A stretch of DNA of 64,000 nt, from NCBI GenBank assembly GCA_963733295.1, contig CAVTCS010000003.1, positions 1,120,001 to 1,184,000 on the forward strand, given 5' to 3'. Positions 9,833 through 19,015 of the stretch are shown piece by piece (position 1 is the stretch's first letter; each line of letters opens with the position of its first letter). This DNA comes from Vulcanimicrobiota bacterium. Lineage in GTDB: Bacteria; Vulcanimicrobiota; Vulcanimicrobiia; Vulcanimicrobiales; Vulcanimicrobiaceae. The position numbers were made by a program, and so were the translations under genes. The notes beneath the pieces are model-generated. The model was not told where the DNA came from, did not search any database, and worked only from the letters and a program-made list of their open reading frames with translations.

Positions 9833-12216
9833 TCCGACTCGTCGACGTCGTCGTGCAACAGCGCACGGCCGCCGTCGATCGTCCGCTGACCTATCTCCTT
9901 CCGGCCGGCTTGGAGCTGAGCGTGGGCGATGTCGTTCGCGTTCCACTCGGTCCGCGCGAGGTGTATGCCTTCGTCGTCGCCGGACCGCGAACGGGCGAGG
10001 CGGCGGCGAACCTGCGGGCGGTCGCGGCACGCGTCGAGGGTCTCCCCGCGTTCGACACCGCGGGGCTCGCGCTGGCGCACTGGATTGCGGAGCACTATTG
10101 CTGCACGCTCGCCGAAGCGCTCGGTCCGATGATCTACGGCGCTGCGTTGCCGCGGGCCGTCGATCGCTTCGCACCCTCCGCGGCCTTCGAGACGCCGCGT
10201 CTTGCTAGCGTTCCGCCGCGCTTGACGCGGCTGATAGCCGAAGATCTGCGCGAGGGCTTTACGTTGGACGCGTTGCTGCGCCATCCCGAAGCGCGACGTG
10301 CGGGTGATCGCCGGGCGCTCCTGCGCGCGCTGTCGGCCCTCGTGCGCAGCGGCGCGCTGATGCGCTCGCGCACTTTCGCGGCGGCTCGCATGAGCGAGGC
10401 GCGCGAGAAGTACCTCGAAGTGGCCGGCGCGCAGGCAGGCGGGCCACGCGTCCGCGCCTTGCTCGAGCTCGTCCGCGAGGAGGGGACGCTGCGTCGCAGC
10501 GATGCCTTACTTTCGGGTTTTTCGCAAGGCGTGATCGCGCGAGCGTTGCGCGAGGGTGCGTTGAGCGAGACGTCGCAGCGCGCCGGACGACGCCCTCGTC
10601 GAAGCGCACCAGAAGAGCAAGGCTTCATCGCGACCGGCGAGCAGCAGAGGGCGATCGACCAGATCGTCGCGCGGATCGAGTCCGGAGCGTTCGCGGAATT
10701 ACTCTTGCAGGGCGTTACCGGCAGCGGCAAGACCCTGGTGTATATTCGCGCGATCGCGCGAACGCTGGCATTGGGCGGCCGCGCGATCGTTCTCGTCCCG
10801 GAGATTGCTCTCACGCCGCAGACCGCGCGCCGCTTCGAGAGCGCTTTCGGCGAGCGCGTTGCGGTGCTCCACTCGGCACTGTCCGAACGCGAACGCTTCG
10901 ACAGCTGGCACGCTGCCGCGCGCGGCGAGGTCGACGTCGTCGTAGGCGCGCGGAGCGCCGTTTTCGCGCCGCTCCCGGGATTGCGCCTGATCGCGGTCGA
11001 CGAGGCGCACGAGCGCAGCTACAAGCAAGAGGGCGTGCCGCGGTACAACGCGGTCGACGTGGCGCGCGAACGGATGCGACGGCTCGGCGGCGTCGTGGTA
11101 TTCGGAAGCGCCACGCCGCCCCTCGAAATCTACGCGAAGGCGTTGGCCGGTGCCGTTCCACACCTGCGCCTCGCGCGGCGCGCGAGCGATCAGGAGCTTC
11201 CGCAAACGATCGTCGTCAACATGGCGGCCGAGTTCGAGCGCGGCAACCGGCGCATCTTCAGTTCGACGCTGGTCGACGGCATCGCCAAACGTTTGGAGCG
11301 GCGCGAGAAAGTCGTGCTCTTCGTGAACCGCCGCGGGACCGCCGGCTTCATGTTGTGCCGGGCCTGCGGATCGGTTCCCGAGTGCGCGCGCTGCAGCATC
11401 TCGCTGACGGTTCATCGCGGCGAAGGTCTCCTGCGCTGTCATCTGTGTGACGCGCAGCGACCGATCCCGCAGTCGTGCCCGGTATGCCGCCAGGGTCCGA
11501 TTCGCGAGTTCGGCGCCGGCACGCAAAAGGTCGTCGAGACGGCTCAGGGGCTCTTTCCCGGAGCGCGCATCACGCGCATGGATGGCGACACGACGACCCG
11601 AGTGGGCGATCATGCGCGCCTGCTGGACGAATTCGAACTGCGCGGCGACATCCTGGTCGGAACGCAGATGGTCGCGAAGGGTCTCGATTTTCCGAACGTG
11701 ACACTGGTCGGCGTCGTCGCTGCCGACATCGGCTTGCACCTTCCCGAGTTCCGCGCTGCGGAACGCAGCTTCGACCTGCTGACGCAAGTGGCGGGCCGCA
11801 GCGGCCGCGCCGTTCCCGGCGAGGCCATCGTCCAAACGTATTCACCGGACCATCCGGCCTTGCGCTTCGCGGCGCGGCACGATTTTGACGGGTTCGCTGC
11901 GCACGAGCTCGAGCTGCGGCGCGAACTCAGCTATCCGCCCTTCGCCGAGCTCATCGCGCTGGGCGTGATCGGCCGAAAGCGCGAAGCGGTCGTCGAGGCT
12001 GCGGAGCGCTATGCGGCCGAGCTGCGCCGGACAGCCGACGCCGAGGTTCTGGGGCCGGCGCCGTTTCCGATCGCGCGTGTGAACGAGGAGTGGCGCTACC
12101 GGGTCGCTCTGAAAACCCACTCGGGCGCCGAGGTCCGGCGGATCATTCGCGAACGCCTCGCGCCCGCGGCTCGAGCCGATCGGGCGACCAGGCTTGCGGT
12201 CAACGTGGACCCTTAG
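9829..12216 (+). CDS. priA: Primosomal protein N'
   Basis: GVTGSGKT, LVPEIALTPQ, DEAHE-x-SYKQ, SATP, Cys-rich zinc region, GTQMVAKGLDFP, QVAGRSGR; TTGA overlap. Confidence 0.96.
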   Translation: MIRLVDVVVQQRTAAVDRPLTYLLPAGLELSVGDVVRVPLGPREVYAFVVAGPRTGEAAANLRAVAARVEGLPAFDTAGLALAHWIAEHYCCTLAEALGPMIYGAALPRAVDRFAPSAAFETPRLASVPPRLTRLIAEDLREGFTLDALLRHPEARRAGDRRALLRALSALVRSGALMRSRTFAAARMSEAREKYLEVAGAQAGGPRVRALLELVREEGTLRRSDALLSGFSQGVIARALREGALSETSQRAGRRPRRSAPEEQGFIATGEQQRAIDQIVARIESGAFAELLLQGVTGSGKTLVYIRAIARTLALGGRAIVLVPEIALTPQTARRFESAFGERVAVLHSALSERERFDSWHAAARGEVDVVVGARSAVFAPLPGLRLIAVDEAHERSYKQEGVPRYNAVDVARERMRRLGGVVVFGSATPPLEIYAKALAGAVPHLRLARRASDQELPQTIVVNMAAEFERGNRRIFSSTLVDGIAKRLERREKVVLFVNRRGTAGFMLCRACGSVPECARCSISLTVHRGEGLLRCHLCDAQRPIPQSCPVCRQGPIREFGAGTQKVVETAQGLFPGARITRMDGDTTTRVGDHARLLDEFELRGDILVGTQMVAKGLDFPNVTLVGVVAADIGLHLPEFRAAERSFDLLTQVAGRSGRAVPGEAIVQTYSPDHPALRFAARHDFDGFAAHELELRRELSYPPFAELIALGVIGRKREAVVEAAERYAAELRRTADAEVLGPAPFPIARVNEEWRYRVALKTHSGAEVRRIIRERLAPAARADRATRLAVNVDP

Positions 12217-12224
12217 CGGAGCGG

Positions 12225-12389
12225 CTAGGGACCAGTGACGCTCCCGCCGGTCGTGGCGTCGTTGCTGATGGTCGAGCTGATGGTGGTTCCGAGAACCAGC
12301 AGCGCACCGATCGCTACCATGGCGACCAGGGCGAGGATAAGACCGTATTCGACGATTCCGAACGCGGCTTCGTCGTGCCAGAAGCTCAT
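12225..12389 (-). CDS. flp: Flp family type IVb pilin (54 aa)
   Basis: MSFWHDEAAFGIVEYGLILALVAMVAIGALLVLGTTISS...: Flp EY motif followed by a hydrophobic helix. In the ORF track it appears only as the tail of a spurious long ORF. Confidence 0.8.
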   Translation of the reverse strand: MSFWHDEAAFGIVEYGLILALVAMVAIGALLVLGTTISSTISNDATTGGSVTGP

Positions 12390-12395
12390 AGCCAC

Positions 12396-12401
12396 AGTAT
12401 A
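12396..12401 (-). promoter_or_regulatory. -10 box TATACT for a leaderless flp transcript
   Basis: TATACT lies at -12..-7 relative to the A of the flp ATG; no SD. Confidence 0.6.
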
Positions 12402-12439
12402 GAAATTCTCGGGAAAAAGCGCTTGGCCCGCTCTCCGAA

Positions 12440-12455
12440 CGTGAGCGATATCACA
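12440..12455. promoter_or_regulatory. CRP/FNR-family-like operator
   Basis: CGTGA-gcgata-TCACA, 9/10 match to TGTGA-N6-TCACA, in the flp/phaC divergent region. Confidence 0.5.
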
Positions 12456-12554
12456 TGGGACCTTTGGCCCTAGCAAATCGCGCGCGGCATCACTTCCACC
12501 GTTTCCGGGGATGCGCAGGGCGTCACTCCGGGGGGCCCTAACTCGGTTCACACC

Positions 12555-14285
12555 ATGGTTATCGACAAAGATGAAGGTCAAGTCCAGCCTTCGGGCCTCA
12601 CAAATGTGGCCGGCAGCACGGACGCGGACCCGAATCCGCTCGATCCTCTTGGAATCGGCAGGGCCTCCCTCGAGGTGTGGCAGGCCTTGCTCGCGCAGCC
12701 GCAAGGTCTGGCCGAAGCTCAAACGCAGTTCGCCGCCCAATGGCTGGGCCTCGCGGCCCGCACCTGGGCGCCGGTTCCCGGCGGCACGACCCCGATCATC
12801 GAGCCCGCACCGGGCGACGCGCGCTTCAAGCACCCCGCTTGGAGCGAGAATCCGGTGTTCGATGCGCTCAAACAGGGCTATCTCCTCGCGACGAAGGCGA
12901 TGCTCGACGGGATAGATCGGGCGGAAGGCATCGACGCCGAGACCAAAGCCCGAGTGAAATTCTTCGCAAAGCAGTTTTGCGACGCGATGAGCCCGACCAA
13001 CGTACCTTTTTTGAACCCGGCGGTGATCGAGGAAACGCTGCGCACGGGCGGAGCGAACCTGCAGCGCGGCGCTCAAAACGTCGCCGAAGATCTGGCGGAG
13101 AACAACGGCCGCCCAGCGCTGGTCGACAAGACGGCTTTTACCGTCGGTGAGAACGTGGCCACGACGAAAGGTGCGGTGGTCTACCGCAACGACCTCATCG
13201 AGCTGATTCAGTACGCGCCGACGACCGAAACCGTTTTCGCGCGACCGCTCGTGATCACGCCGCCCTCGATCAACAAGTTCTATATCCTCGATCTGCAGCC
13301 GGCGAATAGCCTGATCAAGTTCGCTCTGGACGCCGGCCTGCAGACGTTCGTCGTTTCTTGGCGCAATCCGGACGCCTCGTACGCGCGCGTCGGCTGGGAA
13401 GATTACATCGAGCTCGGCCCGCTGACTGCCGCGCGCGTCAGTTCGGGAATCACCGGAAGCCCCGACGTCAACGCGATCGGGTACTGCATTGGCGGGACCA
13501 TGGTCGCAGAACTTCTCGCGTATCTCGCGCGCACCGGCGAAACGCTGATGAACGCGGTGACGTTCTTGGCGGCGCTGACCGACTTTGCGGACGCCGGTGA
13601 CTTGCGCGCCTTTCTGAGCGACGACGCGATCGCGTACCTCGAGAAGAAGATGGACGAGGAGGGCTTCTTCGACAGCGGCGAGATGGCCGACACGTTCAAC
13701 ATGTTGCGCGCCAACGACCTCATCTGGAACGTCGCGGTCAACCGCTACCTGTTGGGCAAGAACGCTCCGGCCTTCGATCTGCTCTACTGGAACAGCGATG
13801 CGACGCGTTTGCCCGCCGCGATGCACAAGTACTACCTGCGCCACATGTATCGGAATAACGATCTCGTCAAACCCGACGTTCTTGAAATGCGTGGAACCCC
13901 GATCGACTTGCGCCGGGTCAAGAACGACGTCTACGCAGTGGCCTCGCGCGAAGATCACATCGCGCCGTGGCGCGCAGTCTACCGGATGACGCAGCTATTT
14001 TCAGGCGACACGCGGTTCCGGCTGGCGAACTCGGGTCACATCGCCGGCATCGTCAATCCGCCCGGCAGCGGCAAGGGCCTGTACTTCACGGCGCCGTCGA
14101 ATCCACCGGATCCCGAAGCTTGGCTCAAGCTTGCCGAAGAGCGGCGCGGCTCGTGGTGGACGGATTGGATCGCGTGGCTCGCGGAGCGGTCCGGCGAACG
14201 GATCCCCGCGCCGGAAACGCTCGGTTCGAAGCGCTTTGCGCCGCTCGAAGCCGCTCCCGGCAGCTACGTTCTGCAGAAATCCTAA
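12555..14285 (+). CDS. phaC: Class I poly(3-hydroxyalkanoate) synthase
   Basis: PP-x-INKFYILDL, VSWRNPD, lipase box GYCIGG, LRANDLIW, EDHIAPW, SGHIAG (Cys-Asp-His triad). Confidence 0.95.
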   Translation: MVIDKDEGQVQPSGLTNVAGSTDADPNPLDPLGIGRASLEVWQALLAQPQGLAEAQTQFAAQWLGLAARTWAPVPGGTTPIIEPAPGDARFKHPAWSENPVFDALKQGYLLATKAMLDGIDRAEGIDAETKARVKFFAKQFCDAMSPTNVPFLNPAVIEETLRTGGANLQRGAQNVAEDLAENNGRPALVDKTAFTVGENVATTKGAVVYRNDLIELIQYAPTTETVFARPLVITPPSINKFYILDLQPANSLIKFALDAGLQTFVVSWRNPDASYARVGWEDYIELGPLTAARVSSGITGSPDVNAIGYCIGGTMVAELLAYLARTGETLMNAVTFLAALTDFADAGDLRAFLSDDAIAYLEKKMDEEGFFDSGEMADTFNMLRANDLIWNVAVNRYLLGKNAPAFDLLYWNSDATRLPAAMHKYYLRHMYRNNDLVKPDVLEMRGTPIDLRRVKNDVYAVASREDHIAPWRAVYRMTQLFSGDTRFRLANSGHIAGIVNPPGSGKGLYFTAPSNPPDPEAWLKLAEERRGSWWTDWIAWLAERSGERIPAPETLGSKRFAPLEAAPGSYVLQKS

Positions 14286-14293
14286 CACCGCGA

Positions 14294-15574
14294 TTGCAAC
14301 GAATCCCGGATCTGCGCTTTGGCCGGGCGCCGCTGCCCGAGCCGTCACCCGGTGTCGATCCGGCCGGCGATGCGCTGGCTCTCGTCGCGCGCGGGACGGA
14401 ATCGCCTGCGCTCGCCCCGGTCCCGGGACGGCTCGCGTTCGGCTCGCTCGGGCCGGGCCAGCGCTACGTCGTGCGCCTGCCGGATGCGTGGAACGGGAAA
14501 CTGGTCGCGGCCGGGACACCGGCCACGCGCAGCGAGTTCGCGAGCGACTTGATCTGGTGCGAGTACGCGCTGTCGCGCGGCTATGCGTTCGCGGCCGGCA
14601 ACAAAGGCATTCCGTTCAACGGAATCCTCGAGCAGGCACCGGGCGACCGCCTCACCTACGAGCTTCCATTCGATCTGCCCGGTGTGGCCCTGCGCGGGAA
14701 ACGGATACGCTTCGGAGCGCTCGACCCGCAACCGATGTCGCTCTTGAAATGGTACGACGATTACGCGAATACGATCGAAACGGCACGCGCCTTGATCGGC
14801 GATGCGACCGGACGCGAACCCGAGCGCACCTACGCGGTCGGTCTTTCGTACGGCGGTTCGCAGGTGCGCAAACTTTTGGAGACGCGCCCCGATCTCGCCG
14901 ACGGTGGCGTGGAGTGGGCTTCGGTGTTCTGGTCTCCGGCGCGTCACCTTTTGAAGTTGTTGCCGGGGTTTTTACGCATCATGCCGCGGTACGTGCAAAG
15001 CGGCTATCGCGACCGCAAAGCGCACGCTGAGATCGTCGCGCTCGGATTTCCGCCCGATCGAACCCAGGACGATCCGCTGCATCCCTCGCTGTGGGCCGAC
15101 TACTACTCGAATTCGCTGCCGTTCTATAACGACGTCACTACCTTCGTGTTCGGCCGGCTCATCGATCCGGACTCACCCGACGACTTCGGACTCGAAGAGC
15201 GCGCCGGATACGTTCCGTCAGCGGCGGCCCAAGAAACGGTCGCGTCGATCGCGCACAGCGGCGCGCTGAAAAGGCCCCTGATCGGAATAGCCGGGAACGC
15301 CGACGTCTTCGTGACGCCCGAGGATAACCTCAAGGGGTACGCTGCGGCGGTCGAAGCGTCGGGTGCTTCAGAGAACTACCGCGCATATCTCGTCGACGAC
15401 GGAACGCACGTGGACGGCTTCACCGGCTTTGGTTATGGACTTCAGCCGCAGCTTCCGTTCGCGTGGGCCGCGTTCGAACAGCTCGAGCGCATCGTCGAGC
15501 GCGGTGCGAAGCCGGAAGGAACCGGCAGCGTGCGCAGCGTCGCGAAACCGGCGGAGATCTCCGCCGCGGGTTAG
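14294..15574 (+). CDS. Alpha/beta hydrolase (tannase-like / 3-hydroxybutyrate-oligomer hydrolase-like)
   Basis: VVRLPDAWNGKL, nucleophile elbow GLSYGG, GNADVF, GTHVD; no signal peptide. TTG start is approximate. Confidence 0.65.
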   Translation: MQRIPDLRFGRAPLPEPSPGVDPAGDALALVARGTESPALAPVPGRLAFGSLGPGQRYVVRLPDAWNGKLVAAGTPATRSEFASDLIWCEYALSRGYAFAAGNKGIPFNGILEQAPGDRLTYELPFDLPGVALRGKRIRFGALDPQPMSLLKWYDDYANTIETARALIGDATGREPERTYAVGLSYGGSQVRKLLETRPDLADGGVEWASVFWSPARHLLKLLPGFLRIMPRYVQSGYRDRKAHAEIVALGFPPDRTQDDPLHPSLWADYYSNSLPFYNDVTTFVFGRLIDPDSPDDFGLEERAGYVPSAAAQETVASIAHSGALKRPLIGIAGNADVFVTPEDNLKGYAAAVEASGASENYRAYLVDDGTHVDGFTGFGYGLQPQLPFAWAAFEQLERIVERGAKPEGTGSVRSVAKPAEISAAG

Positions 15575-15885
15575 GCCGGCTGGGCTTTCGTCTTCTTGCG
15601 GCCCGGCGACGTCTTGGCGGCGGCGCCTTTCGGCGCGGCGAGCGCGGCCTGAGCGCGGACGGCGCGGGCTAGCCGGGATTTCTTGCGGGCAGCTTTATTC
15701 GGGTGGATGACGCCCTTGGTGGCGGCCTTGTCGAACTGGCTTTCGACGGCCGCGGCGAGCGACAAGTCGCCGCTCTGACGCGCTTTCTTGAAAAGCGTCT
15801 TGAGGCGCGTCTTGACGTCCCGGTTCCGTTCGGTACGTCGTTCAGACTGACGGGCCCACTTCACGGCGGCTTTGATATTCGGCAA
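15571..15885 (-). CDS. rpsT: 30S ribosomal protein S20 (Ala/Lys-rich C-terminal tail)
   Basis: PNIKAAVK, DKAATKGVIHPNKAARKKSRL. Confidence 0.95.
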   Translation of the reverse strand: MPNIKAAVKWARQSERRTERNRDVKTRLKTLFKKARQSGDLSLAAAVESQFDKAATKGVIHPNKAARKKSRLARAVRAQAALAAPKGAAAKTSPGRKKTKAQPA

Positions 15886-15933
15886 ACGCGATCTCCGGGA
15901 AAACGAGGTTGGGCCCCTTTGGGCACGCGCGGC

Positions 15934-15942
15934 ATTGTATCA
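15934..15942 (-). promoter_or_regulatory. Extended -10 promoter of rpsT
   Basis: TGaTACAAT on the minus strand ~50 nt upstream of the start. Confidence 0.55.
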
Positions 15943-15981
15943 CAGGCGGCCAGCGGGGTCCAGGCGCCCCGGACCTACGGG

Positions 15982-16869
15982 TTAGCGGGCGCCGCTGCGT
16001 TCCAAAATCGCCAGGTAACTCGAATAGCGCGACCCGGCAACCAGGCCTCGCTCCGTCGCGAGGCGCACGGCGCAGTCCGGTTCGCTGCGGTGCGTGCAGT
16101 CGCGGAAGCGGCAGGCTGGGACGAGCGGCCCGAACTCTACAAAGCCTGCGGCGACCTCGGCCGGTCCCAGACCGGTGAGCTCGAACTCGCCGACGCCCGG
16201 ACTGTCGATCAGAAAGCCGTCACGGAAGCGATGCAAGCGCCCGGCCGTCGTGGTTTGCTTGCCTTGTCCGGTCTTCGAGACGTCGCCGACTTCGCCGGAG
16301 CCGCCGAGAGCGCCGAAGAGCGTGCTCTTTCCGACACCGGACTGCCCGATAAGCAACGTGGAGTGCGTCTCGAGGGCCGCCTCGAGCCCTTCGAGGCCCT
16401 CACCGGTCTTCGGATTGATGATGCTGACGCCATAGCCGAGGGTCGCGTAGAGTCCGCGGATCGCCTCGCGCAGTTCGCCTTCGACGAGATCCGGCTTGGT
16501 CAGGATGAGCCGCGCTTCGATTGCGTGGATGCGGGCGAAAGCGAGCAGTTCGTCGATCATCGCGAGGTGCGGCGCCGGCCGCGCCAGCGCGGACACGATT
16601 GCGATGCCGTCGATGTTCGCCGCCATGGTCTTGGTCCGTCCGCCGGGCGTGGTCCGATCGAGCGCGAAGCTGCGCGGTTCGCGCCGCTCGACCACCGCAC
16701 GTTCGCCGTCCAGCGGGCGCGCGAGGACCAGGTCTCCCGGGACGAGTGTTTGGCGCTCGAGCTGCTTGCGCAACGAGGCCACGTGCAAATCCGGCGCGTT
16801 CTCGAACGCGATCCACGCTGCGTTCCGACCGACGCTAACGACCCGTGCCGCACGAACGTCGTCAGGCAT
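15982..16869 (-). CDS. rsgA: Ribosome small subunit-dependent GTPase A
   Basis: TKPDL, GQSGVGKSTL, GKQTTT, DSPG, C-terminal CRFRDCTHRSEPDC zinc finger. Confidence 0.93.
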   Translation of the reverse strand: MPDDVRAARVVSVGRNAAWIAFENAPDLHVASLRKQLERQTLVPGDLVLARPLDGERAVVERREPRSFALDRTTPGGRTKTMAANIDGIAIVSALARPAPHLAMIDELLAFARIHAIEARLILTKPDLVEGELREAIRGLYATLGYGVSIINPKTGEGLEGLEAALETHSTLLIGQSGVGKSTLFGALGGSGEVGDVSKTGQGKQTTTAGRLHRFRDGFLIDSPGVGEFELTGLGPAEVAAGFVEFGPLVPACRFRDCTHRSEPDCAVRLATERGLVAGSRYSSYLAILERSGAR

Positions 16870-16936
16870 CGGCCCGCATGACTCGGCCCCTAGAACGTGA
16901 AAGAATGAAAGTGGCCCCGACGGTCAAGGATGCGAA

Positions 16937-17488
16937 GTGGAGAGGCTAGTAAGCGTACGATTCGATCGCGTGCTCGCGGATGACGAGCGTGACGAGTTGA
17001 CGCGCGGTCTCCGTTCGGCCGGCATCGGGGCCGGACCCTGGCGAACGCCGTCAGGAAGCGGACGCACCTACACGCTGCTGAGATTCGAAGCGGGGGCGAT
17101 TCCGGAGATACTGGAGCGCCGCGGCGCGCGCGTGCACGAGCCGGCACTGACGATTCTCGAAATCGCGCCCGATCGCGCGGAACACGCGAGGTCGCTTGCC
17201 GCTGCGCTCGGCGGGGACGGTGCGCCTTCGGGCGTTCTGGACTGCCTTGAATTGCCCGCGTCGATACTGATCGAGCTCGACGAAGCGCGGACGCCGCTCG
17301 CGACGATCGTCGATGTGGTGGATATCGAACTGGGGGGAGCTGGGGGACGGCGCATCACCCCCGTGCTCGGATTGAGCGACGAGCGACTCGCGGCGTTCGC
17401 GGCCGCGCTTTTGTCCGACCCGGAGCTCGATGCGTCGCGCCTCATCGAAACGTACACCGATTCGCTGCGTCCGGCGTTGCACCGGTGA
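16937..17488 (+). CDS. Hypothetical protein translationally coupled to cdaA
   Basis: 183-aa ORF; its TGA overlaps the cdaA GTG (GTGA). Confidence 0.6.
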   Translation: MERLVSVRFDRVLADDERDELTRGLRSAGIGAGPWRTPSGSGRTYTLLRFEAGAIPEILERRGARVHEPALTILEIAPDRAEHARSLAAALGGDGAPSGVLDCLELPASILIELDEARTPLATIVDVVDIELGGAGGRRITPVLGLSDERLAAFAAALLSDPELDASRLIETYTDSLRPALHR

Positions 17489-18354
17489 ACGCATTTCCGT
17501 TTCCCGACCTCGGAATCGGGTTCAGCGACGTCGTCGACATCTTAGCGACGGCGCTTCTGACGTATTATTTCTTGTTGCTGATCCGCGGAACGCGCGCCGT
17601 TCCGATCCTCTTCGGATTGCTCGTGCTCGTCTGCGTTTTGACCATTGCCAACGTCTTCCACTTGCTGGTGCTGGCCACGGTCTTGCAGTTCGTATTGCTC
17701 GGCACCGCGGTAACCTTGCCCATCGTGTTCCAACCGGAACTCCGGCGGTTGCTCGAACAACTGGGCCGGGGTGGAATGCTCGCCCGCCGTGACGCCGGCG
17801 AAGACGTTGCGACGCTCGAAGAAGCGATTGCGTCCTTAGCGCGCGCGGCGACGATTCTTTCGAGCAAGCGCTGCGGCGCGCTCATCGCGATTCAGGGCGC
17901 GACCGGTTTACGCGAGTTCGTCGAAAGTGGAACCCGGCTCGATGCGCGACTTTCGGTCGAAATGCTCTTGACGATCTTCACGCCGCAAACGCCCCTCCAC
18001 GATGGCGCCGCGATCGTCAACGGGCGCACCATCGAAGCGGCCGGCTGTTTTTTGCCCCTTTCGGAGAACGTCGTGACCGATAGCCAGCTGGGGACGCGTC
18101 ATCGCGCCGCAATCGGGCTTTCCGAACAGACCGACGCCGTCGTGCTCGTGATCTCGGAACAAAACGGAGCGATCTCCGTCGCCCGCACCGGGAAGCTCTC
18201 GCGCGAACTCGGCGACGAAGCCCGGTTGCGCAACGTACTCTTGGCCTGCTGCCGCGCCTCGCGCGGCGTCCGCCCGCAGCGCATTTCACGCAAGCGCGGC
18301 TTTGGGCGCCGCGTCGCAAGCGATCAGCCGGGGCTCGCCAATCGACGTGCTTGA
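17485..18354 (+). CDS. cdaA: Diadenylate cyclase
   Basis: Three N-terminal TMs, IVFQPELRR, DisA_N motifs LHDGA and GTRHRAA. Confidence 0.95.
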   Translation: MNAFPFPDLGIGFSDVVDILATALLTYYFLLLIRGTRAVPILFGLLVLVCVLTIANVFHLLVLATVLQFVLLGTAVTLPIVFQPELRRLLEQLGRGGMLARRDAGEDVATLEEAIASLARAATILSSKRCGALIAIQGATGLREFVESGTRLDARLSVEMLLTIFTPQTPLHDGAAIVNGRTIEAAGCFLPLSENVVTDSQLGTRHRAAIGLSEQTDAVVLVISEQNGAISVARTGKLSRELGDEARLRNVLLACCRASRGVRPQRISRKRGFGRRVASDQPGLANRRA

Positions 18355-19015
18355 GCGGCTCGGCCGCAATTTCTGGCTCAAAATCTTTGCGCTGACCCTA
18401 GCGATCGCGGCTTGGGCATATTTGCGACTGACGCCGAACCCGATCATCGCGGCGCGCTTCGTGCAGCAGTTCAGCGTTCCGATCACGACGACGGGCCTCG
18501 GGAACGACCGGGTGGCGAGCTTTACGGAAAAGCAGGCAGTCGTTTCGGTCGTCGTACCGCGCGGCGGCGCGGCGATCAGACCGGATGAAATCCGTGCCGT
18601 GCTCGATCTGGAAGGCCGCGCCCCTGGCGTCTACAACGTGCCGATCCAGGTGATCGCACCCAAGCTGGACATAAAGTCGCTCTCGCCGGCCTCGGTGACG
18701 CTATCGATCGAACGCGTCGAAGAACGCAGTTTACGGGTCGGTTTCCACTACGTGGGCGACGCGCATCGCAACGTGGTGGTGGCGCACGTGGCCGTCGATC
18801 CGCCGTTGGCGACGCTGCGTGGGCCGAGCAGCGATCTGGCGCGCGTCAGCAGCGTCCGGATTGACGTTGCGCTACCGCCGGTGCCAAAGGCGCTCGATGC
18901 GATGCAGCGTCCGATCGCGACCGACGAACGCGGCAACGAAGTGCCGAACGTGGTGATTTCTCCGGATCTCGTGCGCGTGCGCGCCGACTTCGTATCCGCC
19001 CGGGTCAAGTCTTGA
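18347..19015 (+). CDS. cdaR: YbbR-domain regulator of CdaA
   Basis: N-terminal NFWLKIFALTLAIAAW anchor, two YbbR-like repeats, conserved position between cdaA and glmM. Confidence 0.85.
   Translation: MLERLGRNFWLKIFALTLAIAAWAYLRLTPNPIIAARFVQQFSVPITTTGLGNDRVASFTEKQAVVSVVVPRGGAAIRPDEIRAVLDLEGRAPGVYNVPIQVIAPKLDIKSLSPASVTLSIERVEERSLRVGFHYVGDAHRNVVVAHVAVDPPLATLRGPSSDLARVSSVRIDVALPPVPKALDAMQRPIATDERGNEVPNVVISPDLVRVRADFVSARVKS

Noticed and set aside
12390..13958. 577-aa minus-strand ORF antisense to phaC, and many similar long shadow ORFs
   Set aside because: Typical high-GC antisense frames with no motifs; only the last 54 codons (Flp pilin) are credible.
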